Shown here piece after piece: positions 48,165 to 58,608 of a stretch of DNA of 64,000 nucleotides. The DNA lies in NCBI GenBank assembly GCA_001775395.1, contig MEWP01000131.1:16350-80349 (forward strand). Direction: 5' to 3'. The first letter of the stretch is position 1. Every line of letters starts with the position of its first letter. This DNA comes from a candidate division Zixibacteria bacterium RBG_16_53_22. Its GTDB lineage: Bacteria; Zixibacteria; MSB-5A5; UBA10806. Below the pieces are notes generated by a model that saw only the letters and a program-made list of their open reading frames with translations, searched no databases and had not been told where the DNA came from. The translations under genes and the position numbers were made by a program.

Positions 48165-50318
48165 ATGCCAAGCTTTTTGAAATATCGACCGCGTGGCCGT
48201 TCAAAATCGGTATATATCGGCCTAGCCCTGTTGATTTCGACAGTTATCATTGGGCTGGTCTCCATCAGCGCCTTCGAGCGTGATCTGCCATCTCTGGCAC
48301 AGCTTCACGATATCAGACCCAGCCTTATCACAAAGGTGTATGACCGGAATGGAGTTCTGCTCAAGGAGTTTTACAATCAGAGGCGTATCCTGGTGCCGTT
48401 CGACCAATTGCCGCCTTACCTCATCGATTGCCTTCTGGCCACCGAGGACAGAAGATTCTACAGCCATTGGGGGGTCGATATCAGGCGTATATTCGGGGCC
48501 ACACTTCATAACGTCATGAATCTCAGCCTTACTCGCGAGGGCGCCTCAACTATAACCCAGCAGCTCGCCAGGTCGCTATTCCCCAGGGTCCTGTCACCTG
48601 AAAAGAATTATTTCAGAAAAATCAAGGAGGCCCTGACCGCCGTCAAGATCGAGAGGACTTATTCCAAGGATGAGATTCTCCAGATGTACTTGAATCAGCA
48701 TTACTATGGCAGGGGAGCTTACGGCATCCAGGCCGCGGCCCAGTTCTATTTCTCGAAAAACGCCTGGGATCTTTCGATTCAGGACTGCGCTGTGCTGGTT
48801 GGACTTCTCAAAGCGCCGAACAGATACTCGCCCATCGAGCATCCCGACCGGGCCTTGATGCGTCGCAATATTGTATTCAACTCACTGGTGGACTATGGCA
48901 AGATTTCGCAGGAGACGGCCGACAGCCTGAAGCTCCTTCCTCTCGAAATCAGGCCCAACCAGGGGAATTTCGGCGAGGCCCCCTATTTTACCGAGTTGGT
49001 GCGCCAATATCTTTATGAGACTTTCGGCGAGGAGGGCTTATATGCGTCGGGATTGACAATTTATACCACCCTCGATGCCGAAATGCAGAAAGCCGCCGAA
49101 CAAGCGCTGGTCGCCAAATTGGATGAAATACAAATGGAGACTCAGAGCCGCTATGGAATCAACGATCCGCTATATACGATCATAGCGCCGGATACCACCA
49201 GACGCGAAGGCAAGAAAAGAGTCTACAAGCAGATTCAGGGGATGCTTCTTGCCATCGATAACGAAACCGGCGGCGTGCTGGCATTTGTCGGGGGCCGCGA
49301 CTTCGACAAGAGCAAATTTATCAGGGTGACGCAGGCGTTGCGCCAGCCGGGATCGGCTTTCAAGCCTTTCGTCTATACCACCGCCATCGACAATGGATTC
49401 TCGCCGCCCGATCTATTCCTCGATTCCCCAATAGTTCTCACGGTTGGCGGCGAAGAATGGCGTCCCGATAATTTCGACCTGTCCTTCAACGGCGAAATGA
49501 CGCTTCGGGATGGCCTGAAGGACTCCAGGAACCTGATTGCGATCAAGCTGATGATGGACCCGCTTGTCACTCCGCAGCAGGTCGCAGAATACGCCAAGCG
49601 CATGGGAATCAGCACCCCGCTCGTGCCGGTGCCATCGCTGGCGATAGGTTCATCCGAGGTTACCATGTGGGATATGGTGCCGGCATTTTCGATATTCCCC
49701 AACGGCGGCGTTCGTAAAGAGCCATTTTTCATAAGCAAGATTATCGATCGTAACGGCAACCTGGTCATGGAAAAATCGCGGATCGACCAGGAGGAGGCGC
49801 TTTCTCCCCAAACCGCCTATATCATGACCAATATGCTGCAGACTGTGGTCGACCACGGCACGGGGTATGGCGCCCGAGCTCGCGGATTCACTCGCCCCGC
49901 CGGCGGCAAAACCGGGACCTCCAATAATAACACCGACAACTGGTTTATCGGATTCACGCCGCAAATTACCTGCGGGGCGTGGGTTGGCTTCGATGACAAG
50001 ACCAAGATCGGAATCGGGAAAGGTGAGGTTGGCGCCACAACTGCGCTCCCTGTCTGGACCGAGTTCATGAAGGTGGCTACGGCTAAGCTGCCGGTGCGTG
50101 ATTTTCCCATACCCCCCGGCATATACACAGCCACCATCTGTTTGGAATCGGGGAAATTGGCCGTTGAGGGATGCAGCAAAGTCGTCACCGATATATTCAC
50201 TGATGCCACCCTGCCCAAGGAGGAATGCGATCTGAATCATAAGGATTCGCGCTATTCGAGAGATGATCAAAAGCGGTTCAGGATCGACGATAGGAGTAGG
50301 AACAAAGACAGGTTTTGA
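48165..50318 (+). CDS. mrcA: Penicillin-binding protein 1A family (bifunctional transglycosylase/transpeptidase)
   Basis: N-terminal transmembrane helix, GT51 motifs (EDRRFYSHWG, RKIKE), and transpeptidase SxxK (SAFK), SxN and KTGT motifs. Confidence 0.9.
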   Translation: MPSFLKYRPRGRSKSVYIGLALLISTVIIGLVSISAFERDLPSLAQLHDIRPSLITKVYDRNGVLLKEFYNQRRILVPFDQLPPYLIDCLLATEDRRFYSHWGVDIRRIFGATLHNVMNLSLTREGASTITQQLARSLFPRVLSPEKNYFRKIKEALTAVKIERTYSKDEILQMYLNQHYYGRGAYGIQAAAQFYFSKNAWDLSIQDCAVLVGLLKAPNRYSPIEHPDRALMRRNIVFNSLVDYGKISQETADSLKLLPLEIRPNQGNFGEAPYFTELVRQYLYETFGEEGLYASGLTIYTTLDAEMQKAAEQALVAKLDEIQMETQSRYGINDPLYTIIAPDTTRREGKKRVYKQIQGMLLAIDNETGGVLAFVGGRDFDKSKFIRVTQALRQPGSAFKPFVYTTAIDNGFSPPDLFLDSPIVLTVGGEEWRPDNFDLSFNGEMTLRDGLKDSRNLIAIKLMMDPLVTPQQVAEYAKRMGISTPLVPVPSLAIGSSEVTMWDMVPAFSIFPNGGVRKEPFFISKIIDRNGNLVMEKSRIDQEEALSPQTAYIMTNMLQTVVDHGTGYGARARGFTRPAGGKTGTSNNNTDNWFIGFTPQITCGAWVGFDDKTKIGIGKGEVGATTALPVWTEFMKVATAKLPVRDFPIPPGIYTATICLESGKLAVEGCSKVVTDIFTDATLPKEECDLNHKDSRYSRDDQKRFRIDDRSRNKDRF

Positions 50319-50813
50319 TATCCTGATATCGATTTCGAGCTTAGAATTATATGACACTTTATGACCTCTCTGGCCGGTTGAAATAATTTTCGGCCTTCAG
50401 AATTTATTATTGGCGTATGAGCGTGCAGATCCTGGCCCGTTGCGCTGGAATACCGATTGCCCGTGCCAAAATGTATGGGGTTATTGGCAGATGAGCTTTC
50501 GACCCGGATTCTCTCCGTCTGGCTCCTTGAATTAAGCCCTTCCGCATTTCTTGCGTCTCTATCCGTGCTCGTGGCTTCGCCCACAGGCATCCGTAGGAAA
50601 GGCACTGGGACCTTGTATCCCACGAGTGAGAGGATCAACCGGCTGGAGATTGGTCCTCCCACTAACCGGCGCGCTACGAAAGAAAATGCAAAATGCACAT
50701 TCTTTTTATACTAAATCGTTGGCAGACAAGTGGCGAATTTCGCGGGGTGAACCCCGGGCCTCAATAGAACAAGTTGGGAATCTTTCCGGGTATATGATTT
50801 TTCAACGCGCAGG

Positions 50814-51221
50814 TTACGTGTCGGGTAGAATCTTGATGATAACCCGTCTTGATCGCGGGCCATCGAATTCGCAGAAATAAATCCCCTGCCAGGTGCCCAA
50901 CACTATGTGGCCATCGGCAACAAATAAGGTCACGTGCGCCCCGACAATGCTTGATTTAATATGGGCATCGGAGTTACCCTCGGTATGGCGGAAGTTGGCG
51001 TTTTCGGGTATAAGCTTCTCGAGATAACTGATGATATCGGTTTGAACGGTGGGGTCGGCATTCTCATTGATAGTTACCGCCGCGGTAGTATGCGGCACGA
51101 AAACATGCGCGATCCCCTCCTTTATACCGGACTCCTCGATAATTTTTTGAACCCTGACGGTAATGTCGATCAACTCGTTACGATCCTTGGTAAGCAGGCT
51201 CAATTCGCGTAAACTACTCAT
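50814..51221 (-). CDS. yjbQ: YjbQ/UPF0047 family protein
   Basis: Family-typical ..LIDIT..V......G......H...... pattern. The start is set at MSSLREL rather than the upstream M in the track. Confidence 0.7.
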   Translation of the reverse strand: MSSLRELSLLTKDRNELIDITVRVQKIIEESGIKEGIAHVFVPHTTAAVTINENADPTVQTDIISYLEKLIPENANFRHTEGNSDAHIKSSIVGAHVTLFVADGHIVLGTWQGIYFCEFDGPRSRRVIIKILPDT

Positions 51222-52152
51222 TGACACCGACCAGCGCCTCGGCAAATGCCTGGGCATCGAAATCAATCAGGTCGTCGGCCTTCTCGCCCAGGCCCACATA
51301 CTTAATAGGGATTCCGTATTTTTCTGCCGCGGCTACCAGGACTCCCCCCTTGGCAGTACCATCGAGTTTGGTCATGACTATGCCAGAGAGGCCGACCGCG
51401 TCATTGAATAGTTCGATTTGCGAAAGCCCATTCTGGCCGGTGGTGGCATCCATGACAAGGAGAATCTCATGGGGTGCGTCCGGCATGGCCTTGCCGATGA
51501 CCCGTTTGATTTTCTTGAGCTCCTCCATGAGATTAGTCTTGGTCTGCAGCCTTCCCGCAGTATCGATTAGAACGAGGTCAAAATCGCGGGCCATGGCGGC
51601 CTTGACCGCGTCGAACGCCACGGCGGCCGGATCCGACCCGCTTTTCTGTCGAATAAGTTGTGCGCCGACACGCAGGGCCCAAATTTCGAGCTGTTCGCAC
51701 GCCGCGGCCCTGAACGTATCGGCCGCCGCCATCATGACTTTGCCGCCCGAGGCAATGGTCCTCTGAGCGAGCTTGGCGATTGTGGTCGTCTTCCCGGAGC
51801 CATTGACTCCAACTATCAATATCACGCGAGGACCGGAGGTCAGTGCCTTCGCTTCTTCCGGAGGTTTGAATCTCTGCGCGATGATATTGGCCAATGCCCT
51901 CTGAGGATCTGCTTCGGACTGGCTTTTTTTCAGTTCCTCGATAATCTTTGGCGCCGCCAAGGCTCCGACATCGGCCAGAATTAAGGCCTCCTCAAGCCTC
52001 TCGAGCGTTTCATCATCGAGAGCCCCGCCTCGTCCGAGTATAGCGGATATGCGTTCTGTTATCGCCTGTCGAGTTTTCTTGAGCCCGGAGAAAAACCTGT
52101 TCGGCCCCACCTTACCCCTTGCCCCCTCGCCCATCGCCGTTGCCGTTGCCAT
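51214..52152 (-). CDS. ftsY: Signal recognition particle receptor FtsY
   Basis: NG domain with GVNGSGKTTT, DTAGR and TKLDGTAKGG. Confidence 0.9.
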   Translation of the reverse strand: MATATAMGEGARGKVGPNRFFSGLKKTRQAITERISAILGRGGALDDETLERLEEALILADVGALAAPKIIEELKKSQSEADPQRALANIIAQRFKPPEEAKALTSGPRVILIVGVNGSGKTTTIAKLAQRTIASGGKVMMAAADTFRAAACEQLEIWALRVGAQLIRQKSGSDPAAVAFDAVKAAMARDFDLVLIDTAGRLQTKTNLMEELKKIKRVIGKAMPDAPHEILLVMDATTGQNGLSQIELFNDAVGLSGIVMTKLDGTAKGGVLVAAAEKYGIPIKYVGLGEKADDLIDFDAQAFAEALVGVNE

Positions 52153-55100
52153 TGCCGAATTTTACGGATACGACCTTCGAGACACCCGGAGTTTCCATCG
52201 TCACGCCGTAGAGAACGTCAGAGGCCTCCATGGTCAGCTTGTTGTGAGTGATGATGATAAACTGCGTGCCCTCGGAGAATTTCTTGATGAGCTTCAAAAA
52301 TCTCATGAGATTGGCGTCGTCCAAAGGCGCGTCGACCTCATCGAGGATACAGAACGGGCTCGGCTTTACCAGGTAAATCGCAAATAGGAGAGATATGGCG
52401 GTCAGAGCCCTTTCTCCTCCCGAAAGCTGGGCAACCGAAAGCAGACGCTTCCCGCCGGGCCTGGCGAATATGCCTATCGGGCTTTCGAGCGGGTTATTGG
52501 CATCCTCGAGCTCTAAGTGCGCCTCCCCGCCCTCGAACAGCGTCTGGAATACGCTTTCGAAATTTTCCTGTATTTTGGCATAGGTTTCACGGAATCTGGC
52601 CTCGGCCGTAGTGTTGATTTTGCTGATCGCCTCCATGAGTGATTCCTCGGCGGCCACCAGGTCATCGCGCTGGCGAACCAGGAAATCGAGGCGGTCCTTT
52701 TCGCGTTCGTAATCCTCAGCGGCGACCAGATTGACCGGATCCATTCGCTGGAGCTTCTGCCTGATTTCATCGCCCTCGATTTTAAGCATCTCAGCCGTCT
52801 TACCGCCGGGAAGCGGCATGGGATCGACAGTAACTACGTTGAACTCCATTCGCAGACGGTCGAATATAGAATGTCGGCTCGACTGCAATCCTTGTTGTTC
52901 AAGTTCGAGGGTGTGAAGGTCGGCAGTCAGCCTATCTTTTTCCTTACGGTGGGTGGACAATTCGTCGTCGATACGCCCGGTTTCTTCCATTAATTCGGTG
53001 AGCTTATCCTCGATAGCCCGAAGCCCGGCCTGAACCTCGCGACGCTCCGCAAGAATATCGTAGACGCTGGTCTCCAGTTCCTCGTTCCTCGATGTTGAAT
53101 TCTTTATCGTATTCTCGGCCACCTCGATAGCCGCCCGATGAGCCGCGATCATTTTCTCAGCCTCGAAGCGCAGTTCACCCCCATGCTCGATATCGGACCT
53201 GAGTTTGGCGGTCAGGCTGTCATGTTCGATTGCCCTGATGCGGGCTTCTGTCAAGCTGCTTTCAAGACGCGAGACGGAACCGCGAACCTCCAAGAGCTCC
53301 GTAGATACGGCATTTAGTTTCTCGGCGCCCAGCCGAACTTGATTCTCAAGCTGTCCGAGTTCGGCCTGTATACCCTTCAACCTCTCATCGTAAAATGCAA
53401 TTTCGCTCGATATGCCCCGGCCCTGGCTGACCGCCGCGGAATATCGGTTTTCGCGCTCCCGGAAATCGAATTTCAACTGCCCCAGCTCGGCATCTATCTT
53501 GCGCTTATCCTCATCGAGACGCCGGAGGTCTTTTTCTACCGATGTCAGTTCTTCCTTCTGCACTTGCAGGGCCTCGAGATTGCGCTCGAACTTGGCCTCG
53601 GACGACCTTATGCGTTCGCTGATTTGTTCGATATCGGAGGTGACGTCAACCAAATCCTGACGGCGTCCCAAAGCGGTTTGACCCGGTTTGCCCCCGGAGA
53701 TAACGGCATTGGGGGCGTGATGGTATCCATCGAGGGAAACCAGATTGTACCGGCGCCATTGGCCGTCTGCCTCGAGCATGGCCTTCCTGCTATCGAAAAT
53801 AGCCGTATGACCCAAGAGGAGATTTACGGCAATACGATAATCATCGGGGTAGCCGACAAGCGTATCGGCAAATCCGACGAAACCCTCGATGCCATTGGGT
53901 CTCTCGACAGCAAAGGACGACAACTCGATCTTCCCCAGAACGAGGAAACTGGCCCGTCCGCCGGCATTTCCCAGGAGATATTCTATGCCGGATTCAGCGT
54001 CAGACATGCTCTTGACCGGGATGACTTCTGCCAAATTGCCCAGCGCCGAGGATACGGCGTCACGGTACTGCTCGGGCACCTGCAGGACCTCCATCAAGGG
54101 CAGCATCATGCCGGATGGCTTTTCAGTCCAGGACATCAATGTCTTGGCGCCGCTGGAATAACCCTCGCCCGTCTCGATCAATTGGCTTAGCAGTTCTTTG
54201 CGGGCGGCGTGCCCTGAAAGCTCGGCGCGATCCCGGGCAAGGGCATCCCGAAGGCGATCCAAGGTGTTATCGAGTTCGACGATATTCGAAATCATCGCCG
54301 CCTTTTTTTGGTTGAGCTTTTCGATATCATTATCGAGTTTCCGGCGCTCCTGTTCGAGGGCGTTAAGGCCGTCCTGCTCGGCGCCACGAGATTGATCGAT
54401 GGCGGCGGTATCGCCCTGGATTTCCTGAAGCTTCTGATCGAGACCCGTTCGCATCTGGGCAATCGAGGCTGCCTCGGCTCTCAAGGCGGATATCTTCTCG
54501 GTCGAGGCCGCGTTCCGTTCGCGAAGCTCGTTTACGGCCGTCTCGCGGGGCAGCAGGGCGGACACCTTTTCGGCAAGCTCGTTTTCAATCGAAGATAAAT
54601 GCTCCGAAAGTGTTATCTTGTGCGAATCGAGCTGCTCCAGACGCGAGCCATTCTGCTCAATGCCATCCTGAAGCGCCGCGATTCGGCTGTCGAGGGCGGC
54701 CATCTCATTCCTGCTTTTCTCGATATCGTGGCCGGCGGTCTCGACCTTGTGCTTGCCGAGTTTGATCTCGCCTTCTATCTCGGAGGCCTTCGATGACAAC
54801 TCGGCCACCTTTTGTCTGTGCTCGGATGCCAGGCGCTCGTGTTCGGAAATCTTGAGTCTGGTTTCCTGCAGGTTGAGTTCCCGTTTCTCAAACTCGATAT
54901 TCAGCGAATCTATTTCAAGCTGAAGGGCGCTCCTGCGATCCTCTATCTCCTTGAATTTCGCCTGGGTCTCGTACAGGGAGCTCGCGCCCAGGGCAAGCTC
55001 GATATTCTTGAGCTCATCCTTGAAGCGCGAGAACTGCCTGGCCTTGGCCGCTTGTCGCCGCAACTGGCCGACCTGTTTATCGATTTCGATGATAATATCG

Positions 55101-55675
55101 CCGAGGCGAAGAAGGTCGGCCCGCGTGGCCTCCAACTTGGCGATGGCCTCTTTCTTGCGATGCTTATACTTGGTGACGCCGGCGGCTTCCTCAAACAGGC
55201 CACGGCGGTCCTCGGCCTTGTCGGAAAGGATGGCGTCAATCATGCCCTGTTGTATGACACTATAGGCGTGCGGCCCCATGCCCGTATCATAGAAAAGCTC
55301 CATGATATCTTTGAGTCGACACTGGCTCTTATTGAGGAGGTATTCCGATTCTCCCGACCTGAAAAGCCGCCTGGTGATGACGATTTCGTCATACTCGACC
55401 GGCAATAGGCCGCGGTCATTCTTGATAGTAAGGTTAACCTCGGCCAATCCCAGCGGCTTTAGCTGAGCAGTGCCATTGAATATTACTTCTTCCATCTTGG
55501 CGCTTCGCAGGGCGGAGGTGCGTTGTTCACCTAACACCCAGCGGATGGAATCGAGTATGTTGGTCTTGCCACAGCCATTGGGACCCACGACGGCGGTAAC
55601 GTCGCCATTGAATTCGAGTATGGTTTTTTCGGGAAACGACTTGAAGCCGAGGATTTCCAATTGCGATAAATACAC
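52112..55675 (-). CDS. smc: Chromosome segregation protein SMC
   Basis: 1187 aa with N-terminal Walker A GPNGCGKTN, long coiled coils and hinge, and C-terminal signature LSGGE plus Walker B. Confidence 0.95.
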   Translation of the reverse strand: MYLSQLEILGFKSFPEKTILEFNGDVTAVVGPNGCGKTNILDSIRWVLGEQRTSALRSAKMEEVIFNGTAQLKPLGLAEVNLTIKNDRGLLPVEYDEIVITRRLFRSGESEYLLNKSQCRLKDIMELFYDTGMGPHAYSVIQQGMIDAILSDKAEDRRGLFEEAAGVTKYKHRKKEAIAKLEATRADLLRLGDIIIEIDKQVGQLRRQAAKARQFSRFKDELKNIELALGASSLYETQAKFKEIEDRRSALQLEIDSLNIEFEKRELNLQETRLKISEHERLASEHRQKVAELSSKASEIEGEIKLGKHKVETAGHDIEKSRNEMAALDSRIAALQDGIEQNGSRLEQLDSHKITLSEHLSSIENELAEKVSALLPRETAVNELRERNAASTEKISALRAEAASIAQMRTGLDQKLQEIQGDTAAIDQSRGAEQDGLNALEQERRKLDNDIEKLNQKKAAMISNIVELDNTLDRLRDALARDRAELSGHAARKELLSQLIETGEGYSSGAKTLMSWTEKPSGMMLPLMEVLQVPEQYRDAVSSALGNLAEVIPVKSMSDAESGIEYLLGNAGGRASFLVLGKIELSSFAVERPNGIEGFVGFADTLVGYPDDYRIAVNLLLGHTAIFDSRKAMLEADGQWRRYNLVSLDGYHHAPNAVISGGKPGQTALGRRQDLVDVTSDIEQISERIRSSEAKFERNLEALQVQKEELTSVEKDLRRLDEDKRKIDAELGQLKFDFRERENRYSAAVSQGRGISSEIAFYDERLKGIQAELGQLENQVRLGAEKLNAVSTELLEVRGSVSRLESSLTEARIRAIEHDSLTAKLRSDIEHGGELRFEAEKMIAAHRAAIEVAENTIKNSTSRNEELETSVYDILAERREVQAGLRAIEDKLTELMEETGRIDDELSTHRKEKDRLTADLHTLELEQQGLQSSRHSIFDRLRMEFNVVTVDPMPLPGGKTAEMLKIEGDEIRQKLQRMDPVNLVAAEDYEREKDRLDFLVRQRDDLVAAEESLMEAISKINTTAEARFRETYAKIQENFESVFQTLFEGGEAHLELEDANNPLESPIGIFARPGGKRLLSVAQLSGGERALTAISLLFAIYLVKPSPFCILDEVDAPLDDANLMRFLKLIKKFSEGTQFIIITHNKLTMEASDVLYGVTMETPGVSKVVSVKFGNGNGNGDGRGGKG

Positions 55676-55706
55676 GTCCCTCTCCTTTTAACGCCCCCTG
55701 GGAAAT

Positions 55707-56255
55707 TTACTCAACTCTAAAATTGGCCAGCACACTGGCCATCATGCGATAAGCCGTGCGCGAGGTCGGGTCTTGCCCCTCCGAACCCACAATCATGTTA
55801 TAGTAGGGGAGCCCGATTCCTTTGTCAAACGTTGTTCTGATAAGCGCTCCGGATCGCAAAACGGTCACGGCATTGAAAAGGTTTGGCCGCGGGTCGAGAT
55901 CGATTGCAATGCCCACGCCGTCGGTCGATATCTTCGCGATAAAATGCTTTTTGGGCAGCGAAAACGTATCGTAATCGCCGGATTCGGCCCTGATGACAAT
56001 GAAGCGCTTGATGATATCATGCGATTGCGGGTCGATGCTCGAGGTCAGCATCACCTTCAGGCTCCGGTTGGGAAAGGCGGTAGCGATATCGGGCAGAATT
56101 TCGGCCGCCGGCTTGATAAGGTCAAGCCGACCCGGCATGCAAACGAGGCATGCTTTTATGCCCCGACTGACCTCGTGAAAGGCCACCGGCTCGATTCTCA
56201 TCCGGCGCTCGTGAAATATCCTGGCCGCCTGCTCGGCGAAACTATTCAGTTTCAT
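55707..56255 (-). CDS. Hypothetical protein
   Basis: 182-aa ORF between rodZ and smc, with no motif I can assign. Confidence 0.4.
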   Translation of the reverse strand: MKLNSFAEQAARIFHERRMRIEPVAFHEVSRGIKACLVCMPGRLDLIKPAAEILPDIATAFPNRSLKVMLTSSIDPQSHDIIKRFIVIRAESGDYDTFSLPKKHFIAKISTDGVGIAIDLDPRPNLFNAVTVLRSGALIRTTFDKGIGLPYYNMIVGSEGQDPTSRTAYRMMASVLANFRVE

Positions 56256-57021
56256 TTTTCGTGGTATCCTTTGCAGGAATACTGATTAGAAAATTATTAA
56301 GCCTTTTCGAGCTGCCTCCGATGCCCGAGATTTGAATGCCGTTGAGATATCCTGCGATCCCGTCATTGCGCGACAGCCATATCCGAAATGCGCTGTCAGC
56401 GGAGAACGACTTGCCGGAATCGCGAGGCATGGTACCTATGAAAGCAGTATCGTTGTCGGCTACGACGCATGCCCAGATTTCTTTTTCGGCCGTTTCCAGT
56501 GTCAGCCAGGCGCCGGCAAAGAATTCCGGGTTTGATGCCGGCCTTTCCCACGGCCGATCCCATTTTATTTCCGCCCGGCGCAACAGCCCTCTGGCAGGAA
56601 TGAAATCCTCGTCCTCGGGGCCGGAGATATCCACTCTCCGCGAGCGAACCGCGATGATTATCAGGATAATTACCAAGATGCCGACTGTTAGAACGATCGG
56701 CAGCTTATAATCGACTTTCCTGGTCGTTTCCAGGGACGGCGCGGCTGGTGTGGGCTGAGCAACGATGCCCTGGCCGCCCTTGTCGTCGCTCACCGGGCCA
56801 TCGATTTTTTCGTATATCTCCCGTATATCGATACCGAGAGCCTCGGCGTAAATTTTCGCAAACGATTTCAGGTAGACTCGCCCCGGCAGCAGGTCCCATC
56901 GGCCTTCCTCCAGAGCCTCGATGAAATGCGGATTGAGCTTGGTTATCGCGGCTACCTGGTCGATTGTCAGCCCCTTGCTCTCGCGCGTCGTCCGAAGTTT
57001 GTCGCCTAATGATTCCGGCAC
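56242..57021 (-). CDS. rodZ: RodZ-like cytoskeleton protein (HTH-XRE N-terminus, transmembrane helix, DUF4115-like C-terminus)
   Basis: HTH LGDKLRTTRESKGLTIDQVAAITKL and a single TM segment (ILVIILIIIAV). The periplasmic C-terminal domain is RodZ-like. Confidence 0.6.
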   Translation of the reverse strand: MPESLGDKLRTTRESKGLTIDQVAAITKLNPHFIEALEEGRWDLLPGRVYLKSFAKIYAEALGIDIREIYEKIDGPVSDDKGGQGIVAQPTPAAPSLETTRKVDYKLPIVLTVGILVIILIIIAVRSRRVDISGPEDEDFIPARGLLRRAEIKWDRPWERPASNPEFFAGAWLTLETAEKEIWACVVADNDTAFIGTMPRDSGKSFSADSAFRIWLSRNDGIAGYLNGIQISGIGGSSKRLNNFLISIPAKDTTKNETE

Positions 57022-57599
57022 GATTCCACCTCCTCATACAGCTTTCTAAAAAGCTTCGTGGGGAACCCTATGACGGTATCGAATTCGCCCTCGTAGTGAT
57101 CGACGAGAAAAGAGCCCATGCCCTGAATACCGTAGGCGCCGGCCTTATCGAGAGGTTCGCCGCTGGCCACATATCGGCGAATATCGTTCTCGCCAAGCCG
57201 GTTGAATACGACCCTGGTAACATCATAGCCGGATATTTCAATGTTCGCGCTTGATATTATCAAGGAAAGTCCAGTAAAAACATTGTGTCCCTCGCCGGAA
57301 AGTTTCTGAAGCATGGCAACCGCCTCCTCCGGGGAGGCCGGCTTGCCGAGAATATGATTTCCCAGGACCACAACAGTATCCGCGCCGATTACGAGGTTCT
57401 CGGGATATTTCCGGGCCACCAGGGATGCCTTAGCCCTGGACAGGCGGATGACATGCTCGGCGGGAGATTCATTGTCGAGTGGCGATTCATCGAGATCGGC
57501 CGGGACAACCCTGAAATCGTACCCCATCGCGGCGAGTATATCTCGTCTTCTGGGCGAGCTTGATGCCAAAATCATCTCCTGCAAAATAATCGTCGTCAC
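57006..57599 (-). CDS. maf: Maf-like nucleoside triphosphate pyrophosphatase
   Basis: ILASSSPRRRDIL near the N-terminus, full-length Maf pattern. Confidence 0.85.
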   Translation of the reverse strand: MTTIILQEMILASSSPRRRDILAAMGYDFRVVPADLDESPLDNESPAEHVIRLSRAKASLVARKYPENLVIGADTVVVLGNHILGKPASPEEAVAMLQKLSGEGHNVFTGLSLIISSANIEISGYDVTRVVFNRLGENDIRRYVASGEPLDKAGAYGIQGMGSFLVDHYEGEFDTVIGFPTKLFRKLYEEVESCRNH

Positions 57600-58033
57600 C
57601 CCTCCAACACGAATGTCACCGGGCCTTCGTTGACAAGTTTCACTTTCATTCTGGCTCCGAATTCCCCGGTCTTGATATCCAGGCCGCTTTCTTTAAGCTT
57701 GTCCACGAAATAGTCAAAAAGCTTGCGAGCATGGTCGGGCGGCATAGCCGATGAGAAGCTCGGGCGCCGCCCCTTGGTGATATCTGCAGAAAGCGTAAAT
57801 TGCGATACGGCAAGGAGCTGGCCGCCGACATCTTTCACCGACAGGTTCATTTTCCCGGCCTCATCCTCAAAAATACGCAGGCCGAGAACGCGGTCTGAAA
57901 GAAAGTCCGCATTTTTCTCGGAATCCCCCTTGTCGGCGCCAACAAGCAGCAGAAGCCCACGACCGGTTGAACTGATGGTATTATTGAAGACCTCGACAGA
58001 AGCCTCGGAAACTCTCTGTAGAACAACCTTCAA
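57596..58033 (-). CDS. dtd: D-aminoacyl-tRNA deacylase
   Basis: MKVVLQRVSEASV start, SQFTL and a GPVT-containing C-terminus. 145 aa. Confidence 0.9.
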   Translation of the reverse strand: MKVVLQRVSEASVEVFNNTISSTGRGLLLLVGADKGDSEKNADFLSDRVLGLRIFEDEAGKMNLSVKDVGGQLLAVSQFTLSADITKGRRPSFSSAMPPDHARKLFDYFVDKLKESGLDIKTGEFGARMKVKLVNEGPVTFVLEG

Positions 58034-58197
58034 AACCCCTCCAGAATTACTTTAGATTACTATCTGCAGTCGTTTCAGTCAATAGAAAATAGCCGATTTC
58101 TGGGGGTTTTATCTTCTTTCGGGATAGATGGATGGCGGGAAATTCAAAAAAAAAGGCCTCTCGAGGGGGCCACATTATTCGAAAAATCGCAACCCCG

Positions 58198-58584
58198 CTA
58201 TCTTGTTCTTAGCGAATCCTCGATAATCGACATCAGATCGCGGCCTGTGATGGCGGCGTCGCGCATGATAGCGGCATCGTCAGCCAGATCACATTTTGGG
58301 TATTCCTCTATGAGTTTCGAAAAGAGCGGTACGGCCTCCTCGGGCTTTTTCAGGTGTTCAAACTGAACATACCCGGCCATGAATAAAGCCTTATAGCGAT
58401 ACTGGCTTTCAGGAAAACTATCGACGATGGCCTTATATTTCTCGATAGCCGCGGTGTATTGGGCTGAGGTCTCTGCCTTCTGGCCTTCTTCGAAAAGCAC
58501 TATATCTCTGGGTAGCTTTTTGTCGCAGCTTTCACCGAATGCGAAAAAGAATAGCAGCCCCATAACCGCCACCAAACTTCTCAC
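58198..58584 (-). CDS. Secreted TPR-like repeat protein
   Basis: Signal peptide followed by TPR-like helices (YKALFMAGYVQF..). Confidence 0.5.
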   Translation of the reverse strand: MRSLVAVMGLLFFFAFGESCDKKLPRDIVLFEEGQKAETSAQYTAAIEKYKAIVDSFPESQYRYKALFMAGYVQFEHLKKPEEAVPLFSKLIEEYPKCDLADDAAIMRDAAITGRDLMSIIEDSLRTR

Positions 58585-58608
58585 GCAATCCTCCTTGGCA
58601 GGATTATC

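Noticed and set aside
53339-54190. 283-aa plus-strand ORF inside smc
   Set aside because: Antisense to smc with no domain signal.
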